DNA from: Camelus dromedarius
Taxonomy: Eukaryota
Length of the DNA stretch: 64,000 nt
Assembly (NCBI RefSeq): GCF_036321535.1
Contig: NC_087437.1
Location: 89,406,001 to 89,470,000 of the forward strand
Direction: 5' to 3'
Position 1 is the stretch's first letter, and the number at the start of each line of letters is the position of its first letter. The notes under the pieces are model-generated. The model saw nothing but the letters and a program-made list of their open reading frames with translations, was not told the DNA's origin and did no database searches. Both the position numbers and the translations under genes were made by a program. Shown here piece after piece: positions 37,123 to 49,778 of the stretch.

Positions 37123-40100
37123 TGGGATGGGGGGGAACACAGAATGAAGCTTCTGCTGAGGAAACAGTTCTACAGAGGTGCTTCCCTGAGCACAGAATGT
37201 CCTCGTTACTGGACAAACACCCTGAATTTCCTGTGTGCTATATGACTAAGAAGCGGCCGACTGAATGCTGTGTCCTTTTCCATGACCTCTGTGCTCCAAA
37301 CATTTTATTATGCTAGCAAAACCAAAAATTACCCTTTTTTATTTCTGGTTTTGAGCCAACAAGTTGGTTGGTTCCTAAGGAAAATGTCTTTATCTACCCA
37401 GAGTTTTGTTTTCTTTTTCCCTCTTTGTGGATCTGTGACACTCCATTATTATTCGTGTGCATACAGTGAGAATTATTTCATATATTTAATAGTTTTAAAA
37501 GTAAGTGTGATTCCAGCCACCATGTATCGATGCTCTGGGCATTCTGTTGAGGCAAACTCATAACTGGCATTAAACCTGGAGAGAATTATGCATGTCCGCA
37601 GAGAGAACGTGATCCACTTAGAGCACGGCCACACAGTGACTTCAATCAGGTTTACTTTTCAAGTGTTAAATGGACTGAGTGCCTCTAAAGGTTTTTGGAC
37701 ACTTTCCAAAATTGAAGTAGTGCAGTTTTTTGTTGGAAGTCCAAGTTCTGTGGCTAAACTGGGAGAATCTTTAATATGAAGGAAATAAGTAGGATTCCAG
37801 GAAGAAAATGCATCCAGGAAAATTAGATTGTAATTTATTTATATGCTAATTAGTAAAACCCAATGCAAATCTGAAGGAGGCCAGGGATTGTTTTTCCTTC
37901 TAAGCATTAAGAACACATCAAATATTATTTAAGCTGCACTCAGTTACAGCAGCGTGAAAGAAGAGACTCCATCGCTTAGGTCTATTTTCTTTAACAGTCA
38001 TATTTTTTCATCACTAATTACTTATTGCTAACCTACCAAAGTCTCCTAAATATGTTTTCTAATCAAATGCATAAAACTGCTAGTGCATAAACTTGCTTGC
38101 CATATTCATTCTTATAAGAACAATCATCAAAATGTATATATATGTGTATATATATCTTGTGGGGAGGGGGGAGGAAGTTATACCATCAGGAGAAGCAGTC
38201 AAAGTAGCTCACTTAACACTGACAGTGAATATCTGTGTTTGCAGGGATATAAATTTTATGAGGTGAGTTGAAAGAGACCTTAAAAATAATCTAATTATTT
38301 TAAAAAATATGAACAGAGAAGCCCAAGACTGCATAGCCAGCTACCAAAACAGTGAGGACGAGAATGCAGCCCTCCCTTCTCCCAGGCCATTTCCTCGCAA
38401 AACTACCTGAGCTTCCAAAGCTGTGTTCCTTTGAGCCACTGGGATTTTCATGCCAGCAGTCTGCTGCTCAGCAACACAGATGCAGTCCCTTAGTGCTACA
38501 CATAGATGTATGGGCCATTTAAAAATCTGTGCTGGTAATAACAGAGAGACGTAAACACTCTATGTATTTGTCTGGTTTAATTCTGTCATCTGGCATCCAC
38601 TAGCAAACAAAAAACTTGCTTTTAAAAGTACTCAAAAGTGAGTTTCTTTGTTTTTTGCTTTGTTTGTTTTTGCAGTGCCCTACCCATAGCCAATATTTGC
38701 AAATTCAGGGATTATATTTTGTGTATCTCCCTATCATGTTGATGAATTAAATACGATCTTTTTTTTTTTTATACAGGGGGATATTGGGAACCTATCAGAG
38801 CAAATGAACACAAGCTTTCTTGACCTTACATTTGTTTTTGTTTGTTTGTTTTTTGGCATACCAGAAGCCAGATTCTTTATGACTTCCATCAGAGGTAGAT
38901 GAAGTAAAATAATTTTTTCCCCTAGATATTAGCTTCTTGTTGTTTTTAGGTTTTACAGGTTATTGTTGCAGAATTCAATTCCCACTCCTCATGTTTAATA
39001 TAAAGTCTACAACAGAGGGGTTTTGTTGCTGTTTAAATAAAGAGCTAACTAGCTAATCCTGGTAATCTGACTATGGTTCTGGTTGAAGACAATGATGAAG
39101 GGGGATCCTGAACTCACGTCCTCCTGTGAATCTGCAGCTACATAAAACCCTAAAGTCTGGCTGAGTGATGACTATACATGGGGCAAACAAGAAGAAAGCC
39201 ATGTCAAAGTGGGTAGAAGAGGCTGAGACACAATCTTGCCATAAACTCCATCCATAGCACCTCAACCCACAACTGGGAGAAAATTCAAAACCCAGAGCTT
39301 ATCTCTAGGGAGTGAAGAGTTCAAATCCTAAGTGGGGCCTGCACCTCAGAGACAAGCTTCCGAAACACCTAAATTTGAAGACCAACAGAGCTCGCATGAT
39401 AACACATACAAGACTGTGGCCATCTGGGAGACAGCTCTAAGAGTCCTTGTACTCAGACTTACCCACCCCAGAGCCCAGCTGATTGGGCCCAGACTTAACA
39501 TAAAGGAGGATCACTTGCTTACATCAAAGCATGGGCAGGCATCTAATTTAACACATGTCTAGGAGCCTGTGGAACACTATCCAGACATGGAGTCTCCTGG
39601 GTTCCACTTTTATGCTTTCCCTTTCCTGTGCTCCAAAATGCCAGTATCTCCTGGGCAGAAGCTGTTCCACGTGTCTGGAGCCTTGGTCACTGTGGCTCCC
39701 ACCCAGGAAATGCCTCTTGGTTCCTGACTCTGGGGGCCAGCAGAGTTTGGGTTCCTGGTCCCAGGAGACTGCAATAATCAGTGTCACTCAGAAAGAAGAT
39801 CACCTTCTGTCTGGCACTCCAATTTTACTGACTTCCATCAGGGGAGACCCTCTGTTTCATGGCTCTGGCAGCCCATGGGGCTTACTCTCATGAGTGCCAC
39901 AGGACTTTAACTAACAGAGAAAAAGTTCTTAACAGCTCCCACCCCAGGACACAAGAGGCAACACATCCAGGAGCTCAGTCTTTCTGTGAAGAAAGCCTAC
40001 TAGGTAATCATCATGGCTGCAGCCTGGGTGGCAGGCTGCTAGGGGCTGACTGCAATCCTTCCCCTTTGCCTACCTTTGCACTCTTCCTCTGCTGTGATCT

Positions 40101-40896
40101 GGAACGTAAGTACCTTCTGGAAGGGAGCTTTATATGTGGCTGGTAACCTGGCTGTTACGTCTGGTGTCTCAGTTTGGGCAGCTGCCACCCAGGGGATGAC
40201 TCTTGATCACCTGGCGATGATGGCCAGGGCACTTGCATCCTGGGTCCCAGCAGACTGTGGCAATGGAGAGATGGTTTGGGGCAGGCCACCTGCACCCCGT
40301 CTTCCCCACAAGGCACTGGACAGACTAAGGCACACTCCCAATCTGTGAAAGAGGCTCTGCTTGTTCTGGAGCTTCAACCTGAGGTAGAGACTTCAGGTTT
40401 GACAAACATCTAGTCAACTGTGAAGCTGCTCTCAAGGAGTACAGGCTGTGGGCAGCATCTTGGCGCTCTCCCTCTGTCTCACTCCATCTTGCCCTTTTAT
40501 TTCAGAAAAGAGCTTGTATGCTCATCTGGAGCCCTGGTTTTTGTGACTGCTGCCCAGGGGACACTGCACAATCCACTAGACAGTGGGGTTTACACTTGTA
40601 GTCTCACCTGACAGTGAATACTTGCATACTTTTAAAAGCTACTGCCTAAGAGTCTGCCTGAATCTAGGTGCTGAGACTTCTCTTAGGGACACTGACAGGT
40701 CTTGGCACTTCCTCAACTATTGGAAACTATTAAAAATATAATAGGCTGCTTGGACAAGCATAAAAGTTTGAGAGAGAATAAAGAATTGAAGCAGGGTTGA
40801 ACAACAAGTTTCATCTTTACATGAGACCAGTCTTTCAAGACTGGGAGAGGCGATTGTCTCATCTACTGTATAGAAACTAACACAGAATCAAGAAAA

Positions 40897-41775
40897 ATGA
40901 AGAAACAGAGGAATATAGTCCAATTGAAAGAACCAGATAAAAACTTCAGACAAGACCTTAATGAAATGGAGATAAGCAATTCATGTGATAAAAGAGTTCA
41001 AAGTAATGGTCATAAAAATGCTCCATGAACTGGGGAGAATGGATGAACACAGTGAGTACTTCAACAAAGAGATGAAAAATATAAGAGTACCAAATAGAAG
41101 TCAGAGTTAAAGATTACAATATGCATTAGAGAAGGTCAACAGCATAGTAGATAAAGCAGAAGAAAGGATCAGTCAACTCAAAGGCAAGACACTGGAACCT
41201 ACACAATCAGAGCTGCAAAAATAAAATGAAATAACAAAGAGTGAAGATAGCATAAGGGGCTTAGAGAATATCAAACAAACAAACATTTTTATTATAGGGT
41301 TCCCAGAAGGAAAAGAGAGAAAAAGGCAAATATCTTGTTTGAATATATAATGGTTGAAACATTCATTAACCTGGAAAAGGAAACAGACAGTTAAATCATG
41401 AAGCCCAGAGATCTCAAGATAAGAGTAACTCAGAGAGACTGACACCAAGACATATTATAATTAAAATGTCAAAACTTAAAGACAAGGGGAGAATATTAGA
41501 AGCAATGAGAAAAACAACTTGTTATGTACAAAAGAACCCCCTTAACACTACCAGCAGATTTTTCAATCGAAACTTTGAATGACAGAAGGGAGTGGCATGA
41601 TATATTCAAAGGGCTAAAAAAAAAGGATTTTAAAATTCCAGCCAAGAATACTCTACCTGGCAAAGTTATCATTCTGAATTGAAGGAGAGATAAAGAGTTT
41701 TCCAGATGAGCAAAAGCTAAAGGAGTTCATCATAACTAATCCAGCCTTACAAAAAATGTTAAAGGAACCTCAAGC
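40897..41775 (+). pseudogene. LINE-1 ORF1p, disrupted
   Basis: Begins MKKQRNIVQLKEPDK; IIGFPEGKER, acaccaagacatattataattaaaatg (TPRHIIIKM), PRILYLAKLSF; stops and frameshifts. Confidence 0.9.
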
Positions 41776-42336
41776 TGAAAAGAAAGCTTGCTAATTAGTA
41801 ACAAGAAAGTATATGAAAAAATAGACATTGTTGAATAGTTCAGTATACAGTAAAAGTAATGGACTATTCCTTACAATGCTAATACAAAGGTTACAAAACA
41901 AAAGTAGTGAAAATAACTATGATTGCAATAATTAGTGAAGAGATACACAAAATAATAAGATGTGAAATGTGACATGAAAAACATAAAATATGGAGTATAG
42001 AGTAAAAAAGACTGAACCTTACAATGGGATCAAACTCAACTTGTTATCAACTTAAATTAGACCGATACAGATGTAAGTTGGTATTTGTAAGCCCCATGCT
42101 AACCACAAAGCAAAAATCTATATTAAATACACACAAGATAAGAGAAAGGAATCTAAGCATATCACCAAAGAAAGTCATCAAATCACAAAGGAAAAGAGCA
42201 AAAGAGGAGACTACAAAAACACCCAGTAAATAACTAACAAAATGGAGATCTATACTCTTTAATAATTTACTTAAATGTAAATTAATTTCAAAAGACATAG
42301 AATGGATAACAACAAAATAAAACAACAACAAAAACG

Positions 42337-42375
42337 TATCTATATCTATCTATATCTATATCTATATCTATATAT
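42337..42375. repeat. (TATATC)n microsatellite inside L1 ORF2
   Basis: tatctatatctatctatatctatatctatatctatatat. Confidence 0.9.
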
Positions 42376-44282
42376 GCTGCCTAAGAGAGACTCACTTTAG
42401 ATATAAGGACACATACAGACTAAAAGTGAAGAGATGGAAAAAATACATTCTATGAAAATGGAAACCAAGAGAAAGCAGGAATCTTTGTACTTATATCAGA
42501 CAAAACAGACTTTAAAACAAAGACCGTAATTTAAAAAAAAAATGATGGCTGTTACACAAATGATAAATCCAACAAGATAAAACAATTGAAAATATATATG
42601 CACCCAACATAGGAGCACCTAAATATATAAAGCAAATATAAACAGACCTAAAGGGAGAAATAGACAGCAATACAAATAATAGTGGGGGATTTCACTACCC
42701 CACTTACATCAATGAATAGATGAATAGATCATCTAGACAGAAATCAATAAATCAGGGAAATCAAAATCAAGTAAACTTTGGCCTTAAACAACATATTAAA
42801 CCAAATAGATTTAGTAGATCTATAGGGAACATTTAATCCCCCCCCCAAAAAAAAACCAGAATACACATCTCAAGTACACATAGAACATTTTCCAGGATAG
42901 AAGACACTCAGGGCACAAAAATAAGCCTTAAATTTAAGAGGACTGATACCATATTAAGCATCTTTTCTGACCACAATGATAAGAAATAGAAAATTAATTA
43001 CATGAAGTAAACTAGAAAATACACAAATATATGAAAATTAAACAACTGCTACTGAACAGTCAAAAAAAGAAGTCAAAAGAGAAATTAAAATAATACCTTG
43101 AGACAAATAACAATGGAAATACAAGATACCACAATTTGTGTGATGCAACAAAAGCAGTTCTAATAGAAAAGTTCCTAGAGATAAATGCCGACCTCAAGAA
43201 ACAAGTGTCTCAAACAACCTAACTTGAAATATACTTCAAGAAATAAAAAAAAGAAGAAAGACCAAAGTTAGTAGAAAGAAGGAAGTAATGAAAATTAGAG
43301 CAGAAATAAATAAAATTGAGACTAAAAAGACAATAGAGAAGATCAATGAAACTAAGACCTGGTTCTTTGAAAACATAAACAAAATTGACAAGTCTTTAGC
43401 TAGAATCACCAAAAAAAAAAAAAAAATAAGTAAATAAGAAATGAAAAAGGAGACTTTATAGCTGATACCACAGAAATATAAAGGATCTTAAGAGACTATC
43501 AACAATTATATAATAACAAATTTGACAACCTGGAAGAAATGGATTAATTCCTAGAAACATACAATTTACCAGGACTGAATCATGATGAAATAGAAAATTG
43601 GAACAGACTGATTTTGAGCAAATAGAGTGAATCAGTAAACAAAAATCTCTCAACAAACAAAAGTCCAGGACCAGATGGCTTCACAGGTGAATTCTACCAA
43701 ACATTCAAATAAAAATTAATACCAATCTTTCTCAAATTCTTCCAAAAAAACAGAATAGGGGGGAACTCCTCCAAATCTATTTTATGAGGCCAGAATTATC
43801 CTGATATCAAAACCAGACAAGGACTCCACAAGAAAATTATAGGTCAATATCAGTGACGAACTTAGTTGCAATAATTCTGAACTCAGTATTAGCAAACTGA
43901 ACTCAATAATACATTAGATGATTCATACACCATGATCAAGTGGGATTTATTCCAGGGATGCAAGGATGATCCAACATCTATAAATTAGTCAATGTAATAC
44001 ACCACATTAACAAAATGAAGGATAAAAATCAAATAATTTTCTCAATAGATGCAGAAAAAGCATCTGACAAAATTCAATATCCATTTATGACAAAAATTCT
44101 CAGAGTGGGTATAGAAGGAACATACCTCAATATAATAAAGGCCATATATGACAAGCCCACAGCTAATATCATACTCAATAATGAAAATCTTAAAGTATTT
44201 CTTTCAAGATAAGGAACAAGACAAGGATAACCACTCTTACTTTTATTAAACATCATATTGGAAGCCCTAGCAAGAGCAATTA

Positions 44283-44342
44283 GAAAAGAAAAGAAAAGAA
44301 AAGAAAAGAAAAGAAAAGAAAAGAAAAGAAAAGAAAAGAAAA
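44283..44342. repeat. (GAAAA)12 pentanucleotide microsatellite inside the L1 RT region
   Basis: Twelve perfect gaaaa units. Confidence 0.97.
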
Positions 44343-47300
44343 GAAAGGAAGAGAAAAGGCAGTCAAATTGGAAAAGAAGTAAAACTGCCACTGTATGCAG
44401 ATGATGTGATACTTATATAAAAACCCTAAAGATTCCATTAAAAAAAAACTGCTAGAACTAATAAGCAAATTCAGTAAAGTTACAGGATATAAAATCAATA
44501 CACAAAAATCCGTTGCATTTCTATACACCAATAACTATCAGAAAGAAAAATAAGATATTCCTCATTTATAATTACATGAAAAAGAATAAAATGCCTAAGA
44601 ATAAATTTAACCAGGGAGGTGAAACACCTGTACATTGAAAACTGTAAGACATTGATGAAAGAAATTCAAGACATAAATAAATGGAGAGAGAATCTCTTCT
44701 AATCTCATGGATCAGAAGAATCAATATTGTTAAAATGTCCATACTACCCAGAGCAATCTACAGATTCAATGAAATCCTTATCAAAGTGACAATGACATTT
44801 TCCAAATAAATAGAACAAATAATCCTAAAATTTGTATGAAACCAGAAAAACAAGAACAAAACAAATTCTGAATAGCTAAAGCAATACTGAGAAAGAACAA
44901 AGCTGGAGCCATCACATGCCCTGATTTCAACTACTACAAGGCTATAGTAATTAAAACAGTACAGCACTGGCATAAAAACAGATACACAGATCAATGAGAC
45001 AGAACAGAGAGCCCAGAAATAAACCCACTCACATATGGTCAATTAATTTATGACAAAGATGCTCAAAATACACAATGGTAAAAGAACAGTCTCTTTAATA
45101 CATGATGTCAAGAAAACTGGACAACCACATGCAAAAAAAATGAAACTTGACTACTATATCATACACAAAAAATTAACTAAAAATGTAAAGATTAAAGAAT
45201 ATAATACCCATACATCTAAATTAAGATTATAAAAAGTAAACTGTAATGTTACTCTGTAGATTTAACTTTTATTCTTCTCATCACAGAGTGAACTGAAATC
45301 AGGATTGGCAATTTATCTCAGTCACTATTTACATAAAATTCCAAGAGTATTTTTCAACACATTTTCCAGTAGCCATTTAAAAAAATCCTAAAAATAAGGC
45401 AAAAAAAAAATAAGGTTTAATTTTGGGGGTTTTATCCCTGAAAAAAGTACTTTGAAGATTAATAAACAAGTAATAAAAGCATTACCCTTTATGACTATGT
45501 AGTTCCCACTTGATGTAAGTTATAAAACTATTAATTCATCTTTAAACATCAATAGTAAAATGATGAAATGTGTTACATAAGGAAGGATCATGCATAGTGT
45601 CATGAATTTAATGCATAAATATATATATAGAATATTTCAACACAACTCTGATATTAATAGTTTTCCTCTACAAAGAGTTAAACATTCTAAAAAAGATCAG
45701 TGATTCTAAGTTTAACTTTTAAGTTGTTTGTAAAATGTAAGAATAACTCTTTTAAAGCCACTTCCATATATAGATACGATCTCTTCACCCACTTCTAACT
45801 AATATACACTAACAATTGTTGGCATCTCTCACATTGTTTCCACTTGCCTGGCATATTGTACATATTTCCTAAGTTCATTTTCATAATGATGATGTGATTT
45901 AGGTTCTACTACCATAAATTATCATATGAAACAACAGAATCCACAGGTTCTAGGAGGAGATCTGTGATCCCAAATTATGTCCTTGTGACTCCTAACACAT
46001 TACTGCCTGAAGGAAATGATAGGCCTGAGGTTCTAGAAACTTCTCACTTGAATACAAGTATTTGCTTGAAGACTTAATTTTTGGAAATACAACTGAGAAA
46101 GATAAATCCTAATTCTTTTAAATGATAATTATCCCCAATTTTTCTGCCACATACAAGCAGAAAATTAGCCTGGGGTGACTTACTGATTCTATTTCACCTA
46201 TTTTTAACTCACTACACCATTTTCTCAATCTCTAATTTATTCCAGTCTCAAAGGAAAACGGGGGTGGGTGTGGCGATGAAATCTTTGGAAGTGGCTGAGG
46301 CTTGTACCAGGGGCTGGGTTAGGGATATTATCATAATCAAATGATACAAAAAGAAAACCTTGGGGTGAAGGGAAGGGTGGGGGAAGATGGGGAATTTAAA
46401 AAGCAAGGAAATTTCCCCAAAACATTTCAAGTTGTTGTCTAACACCAAAAACCTATACTTGGAAGTGAGAATTTGTTCCTTTCATTAAATTAATTCAAGT
46501 ATTTTCTTTACCACTGAATATTTTTTGCCTGGTCCAATTTTGCTTATTTTAGTGTTAGATACTCAAGTGGAAAACTTTAGGAGGGCATAGTTTTTGGTTT
46601 TTTTAAAATTAAACTTCTGGCCATGTATATACAGAACCCAACAAAAAGGATGAATAAAAACAATTGTGATTATTCTCTGTAATTCACAGCCACATCCCTT
46701 CATTAAATACTAGCAGAATACAGGTATTAATTTCTGACTTAAACTTTGGTATTCTGAATGAAAACTAATATGTATTAAATATTTTTACACTATCTGCCTT
46801 GTTACTATATTTTATGTCATGAAATTCAACCTCAAAATATTAATACATTAAGGATATTAATGTCTTAAACCATGATAGTTCATAATTTATAATAAAGTTG
46901 ATTATAAATCAATACTTTGCTTAGTGTAATCCTTCAAAAATACCAACTGTATCTCAAAAGATGAAATAAGTGCTACTTTAAAAGCAAATAAACTAAAATA
47001 TTATCAGTGAAACAAATTCTCTATAAGAACAGCTTACAGCGAGAGACTGAGGATTAAAATGATTCTCATTATAAAGATTTGCAGTAGGAAGCTGGGTTAT
47101 TTCTAAACTCAGTAGAACAGAGATGCAGTAAGACATGAACTTATAAGCAGTAGCCAGAATGACTGTGGATAAGGGTTAACTTCGCTGAAGTAATTAATAA
47201 CTACAAGACCAATATTTCAAGGATGGCACTGAATTCTACTCAGCCTACTCTGGCTTCTAAAAAAGATCTAAATATGTAAGAGTTTAAAAATACGGTGCAC

Positions 47301-48564
47301 CATTATATATGAGTTTACAGCTATTTTCCCCATTATACTTTTTAAAAATAATACTTTATATTATAGCCATAAGGAAAAAAAATGATCATTTTCTTTTTTC
47401 CCCTTAATTTAAAGTGATTCTCCATTATATTTTTGGCTCATTTCTTCAGCAGGTGTCAAGAAAAATTCAGGAGAGGAGTAGATTAATAACCTACATTATT
47501 AGCTTAATGCATACTTGCAGAATAAATGAGTGAACAAACTGGTACTAGAACTTTAAGACAATAAGTTTAAATGGAAGTGATATTATTTTCAAGGCGAAAT
47601 CTGAGCTGCAAATCTATGAATAATTTAATTATTTTAGAATACCTATTTCTATAACATCAGTATAACTTACTTTCCCATATGAATTTTTTTTTAAGAAAAG
47701 ACATAAATCAAGTTAGAGTTAATAAGCCAGAAACAGCAAAGCACCCTGCGTATGCTCATGGAATGAGGAAACATCTTTTATTTTGTAACTTTTTTTCCTT
47801 TTACCTGGCTGTCTATATGAGATGACCTCACACTACTTAAACTTGGGAGAAAGTTCAGCGATTTTTAGTTTCAAAAAATAAGAGGGGAAAGAATTTTTGT
47901 GTAAAATCATCTTTGTTCTCCCCAAAATGATTTTTATTGCTTTACATAAATGAATTTTTAAACGCCACACAGATTTCCTTTTACCTAGAATCAGCAGTCT
48001 TCATATTTGTGAGGAGAAATCCTCTCTATTTGGAAAATGTATAACACTAAGATCTGAGTAGTACTGACTAAAACTTACTGCCTTTAAAAATCCCAGAACT
48101 GACCAGATAAACTCGTAGAAATAGGACCCACAATATGTGTGAAACAATATAAGTAAGTTATAATAAAATTTCAAGAGACTATTGACAAAAAGAAGAACAT
48201 AAAAGCAGCAATAACAAAGATATGATGGACCAATAGATGAACTGCAGACTTATGAACAACAATGGAAGCCAGAAGACCATGGAGTAGTATCTTCTGAATG
48301 ATAAGAAAAAAATAGTCACCAACCTAAACCAGCTTATACAACAAAACTATATATTAATAATAAGAGTAAAATAATGGTATTTTCCAACAAACTAGAGTTA
48401 ACTTTACCACAAGTAATTCTTCCCCAGAGAAATATCTAGAGGATATATTTCAGAAAGGAAAACAAACAAACATATCCTAGAAAGATGGTCTAAGATGCAA
48501 GAGAGAATAGTGAAAAGACTGGAAGGGAGAAAATGATGTAAAAATACAGGGGAAAAAAAAATGT

Positions 48565-48732
48565 GAACATGAAGAAACCACCTGCAAGCCAAGGAGAGAG
48601 GTCTAAAACTGAATAGCTGAATAGGTCTAATTCCTGAATAGCTCTCAAAAGGAACCAATACCAGTGACATCTTGATTTTCGGATTTCTTGCTTTCAAAAC
48701 TGTGAGAAAAGAAATTTTTGTTGTTTAAGCTC
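48565..48732 (+). mobile_element. MaLR (MLT1-like) LTR fragment
   Basis: ctgcaagccaaggagagagg...ggaaccaataccagtgacatcttgattttcggatttc...aactgtgagaaaagaaatttttgttgtttaagc. Confidence 0.85.
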
Positions 48733-49324
48733 AAAAAATGCTATACATTTATTAAAATCTAAATAAAAGTTATCTGTATAGTAATAATAATAATATCAAA
48801 TGTGTCTGGCTAAAAAGAAGGAAGTAAAATCACAAAAGGATGATCTGTAAAGCAGATTAGAATTGACAAAGTAAAACAGCCTTAAGGTATTTGAGTCATT
48901 CAGAGGGTGGTCTACAGTATTAAAAGAAGCAAGGGAAGTGACAGCCAAAACCCAAACTTCCCAATTTTACAAGGTAAAAGTCAGTGAAAAATAGGGGGAA
49001 AAAAGAAACATTTTCAATTGATATGTAAAGAAAGAAAGAAGGAAAAAAGTCTTAAAAAAGTGAGACACCATAAAACACTAAGTAAGATGAAGAAATATGT
49101 TAAAATAGATCAATTATCAAAATGACTACACTTGCCAGTTAAACAAAAACACAGAAAGTCTAAATGGAAAATCAAATAACATCTTACAGTATGCTAGGTA
49201 CAAGAAATGTACACAAAACATAAAGAGCCCCAAATTTCCTATGTATATAGGAAGGTGAGGGTCACTACACAATAAATGTTCCATTAACCAGGGTTATCTA
49301 GCAATTGTACATTTGTTTACATTT

Positions 49325-49778
49325 AATACCTCAGTAGTTTTAGATTAGGTAGAGCTACCTATGTCACACCATTTAAAATGGCAGTAGCTGAAGTAATATT
49401 TTTCCCCTTTCATGGATTTAAACTTCCAGTGGTGCTTTGAGAATTTTGCCTTCAAATTCCTTGGGGACCAGGCTTTTTCTACCATATCTCTCAGTCACAC
49501 ATAGATATAGTCTCCTTATCCCAGTCTAAGATGACACTTGTGTCCCATGCTGTAGGCTAGAAAAGGGACAAACAAGGGCCAAAGGTCTCTGCCAACTTTC
49601 ATCTAAAGACTTTGAAAAAATACCTTATACTACTTATATCCCATGAGCCATGAACTATATCTAGTGATAACATCATGTGTGGATACAAGAAAGCTTGAAA
49701 TGACAGTCTGTACAGCTCCTGTGACTACTGAAGAAGTAGAGAACAGATTTTGGAAGACACCCAGCAGCTTCTGCTTCA
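49325..49778 (-). mobile_element. Old MaLR LTR (MLT1I/J-like)
   Basis: Ends gaacagattttggaagacacccagcagcttctgcttca, the reverse complement of an old MLT1 5' end; tacttatatcccatgagcca. Confidence 0.6.

Larger units (their letters stand above)
39073..45200 (+). mobile_element. Near-full-length LINE-1 (long 5' UTR, ORF1, inter-ORF, most of ORF2); 3' end missing
   Basis: GC-richer ~1.8 kb 5' UTR followed by recognisable ORF1 and ORF2 motifs; homology stops near 45200 with no Cys domain, 3' UTR or polyA. Confidence 0.95.
42242..45200 (+). pseudogene. LINE-1 ORF2p (APE endonuclease and reverse transcriptase), disrupted and 3'-truncated
   Basis: NIYAPN, VGDFTTP (42682), SDHN (42966), PGPDGFTGEFYQTF (~43665), HHDQVGFIPGMQG, SIDAEKA, YADD (44394-44405). 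Confidence 0.95.

Noticed and set aside
44015..44212. [19 protein letters not shown]... as a gene
   Set aside because: Fragment of the disrupted L1 ORF2 reverse transcriptase
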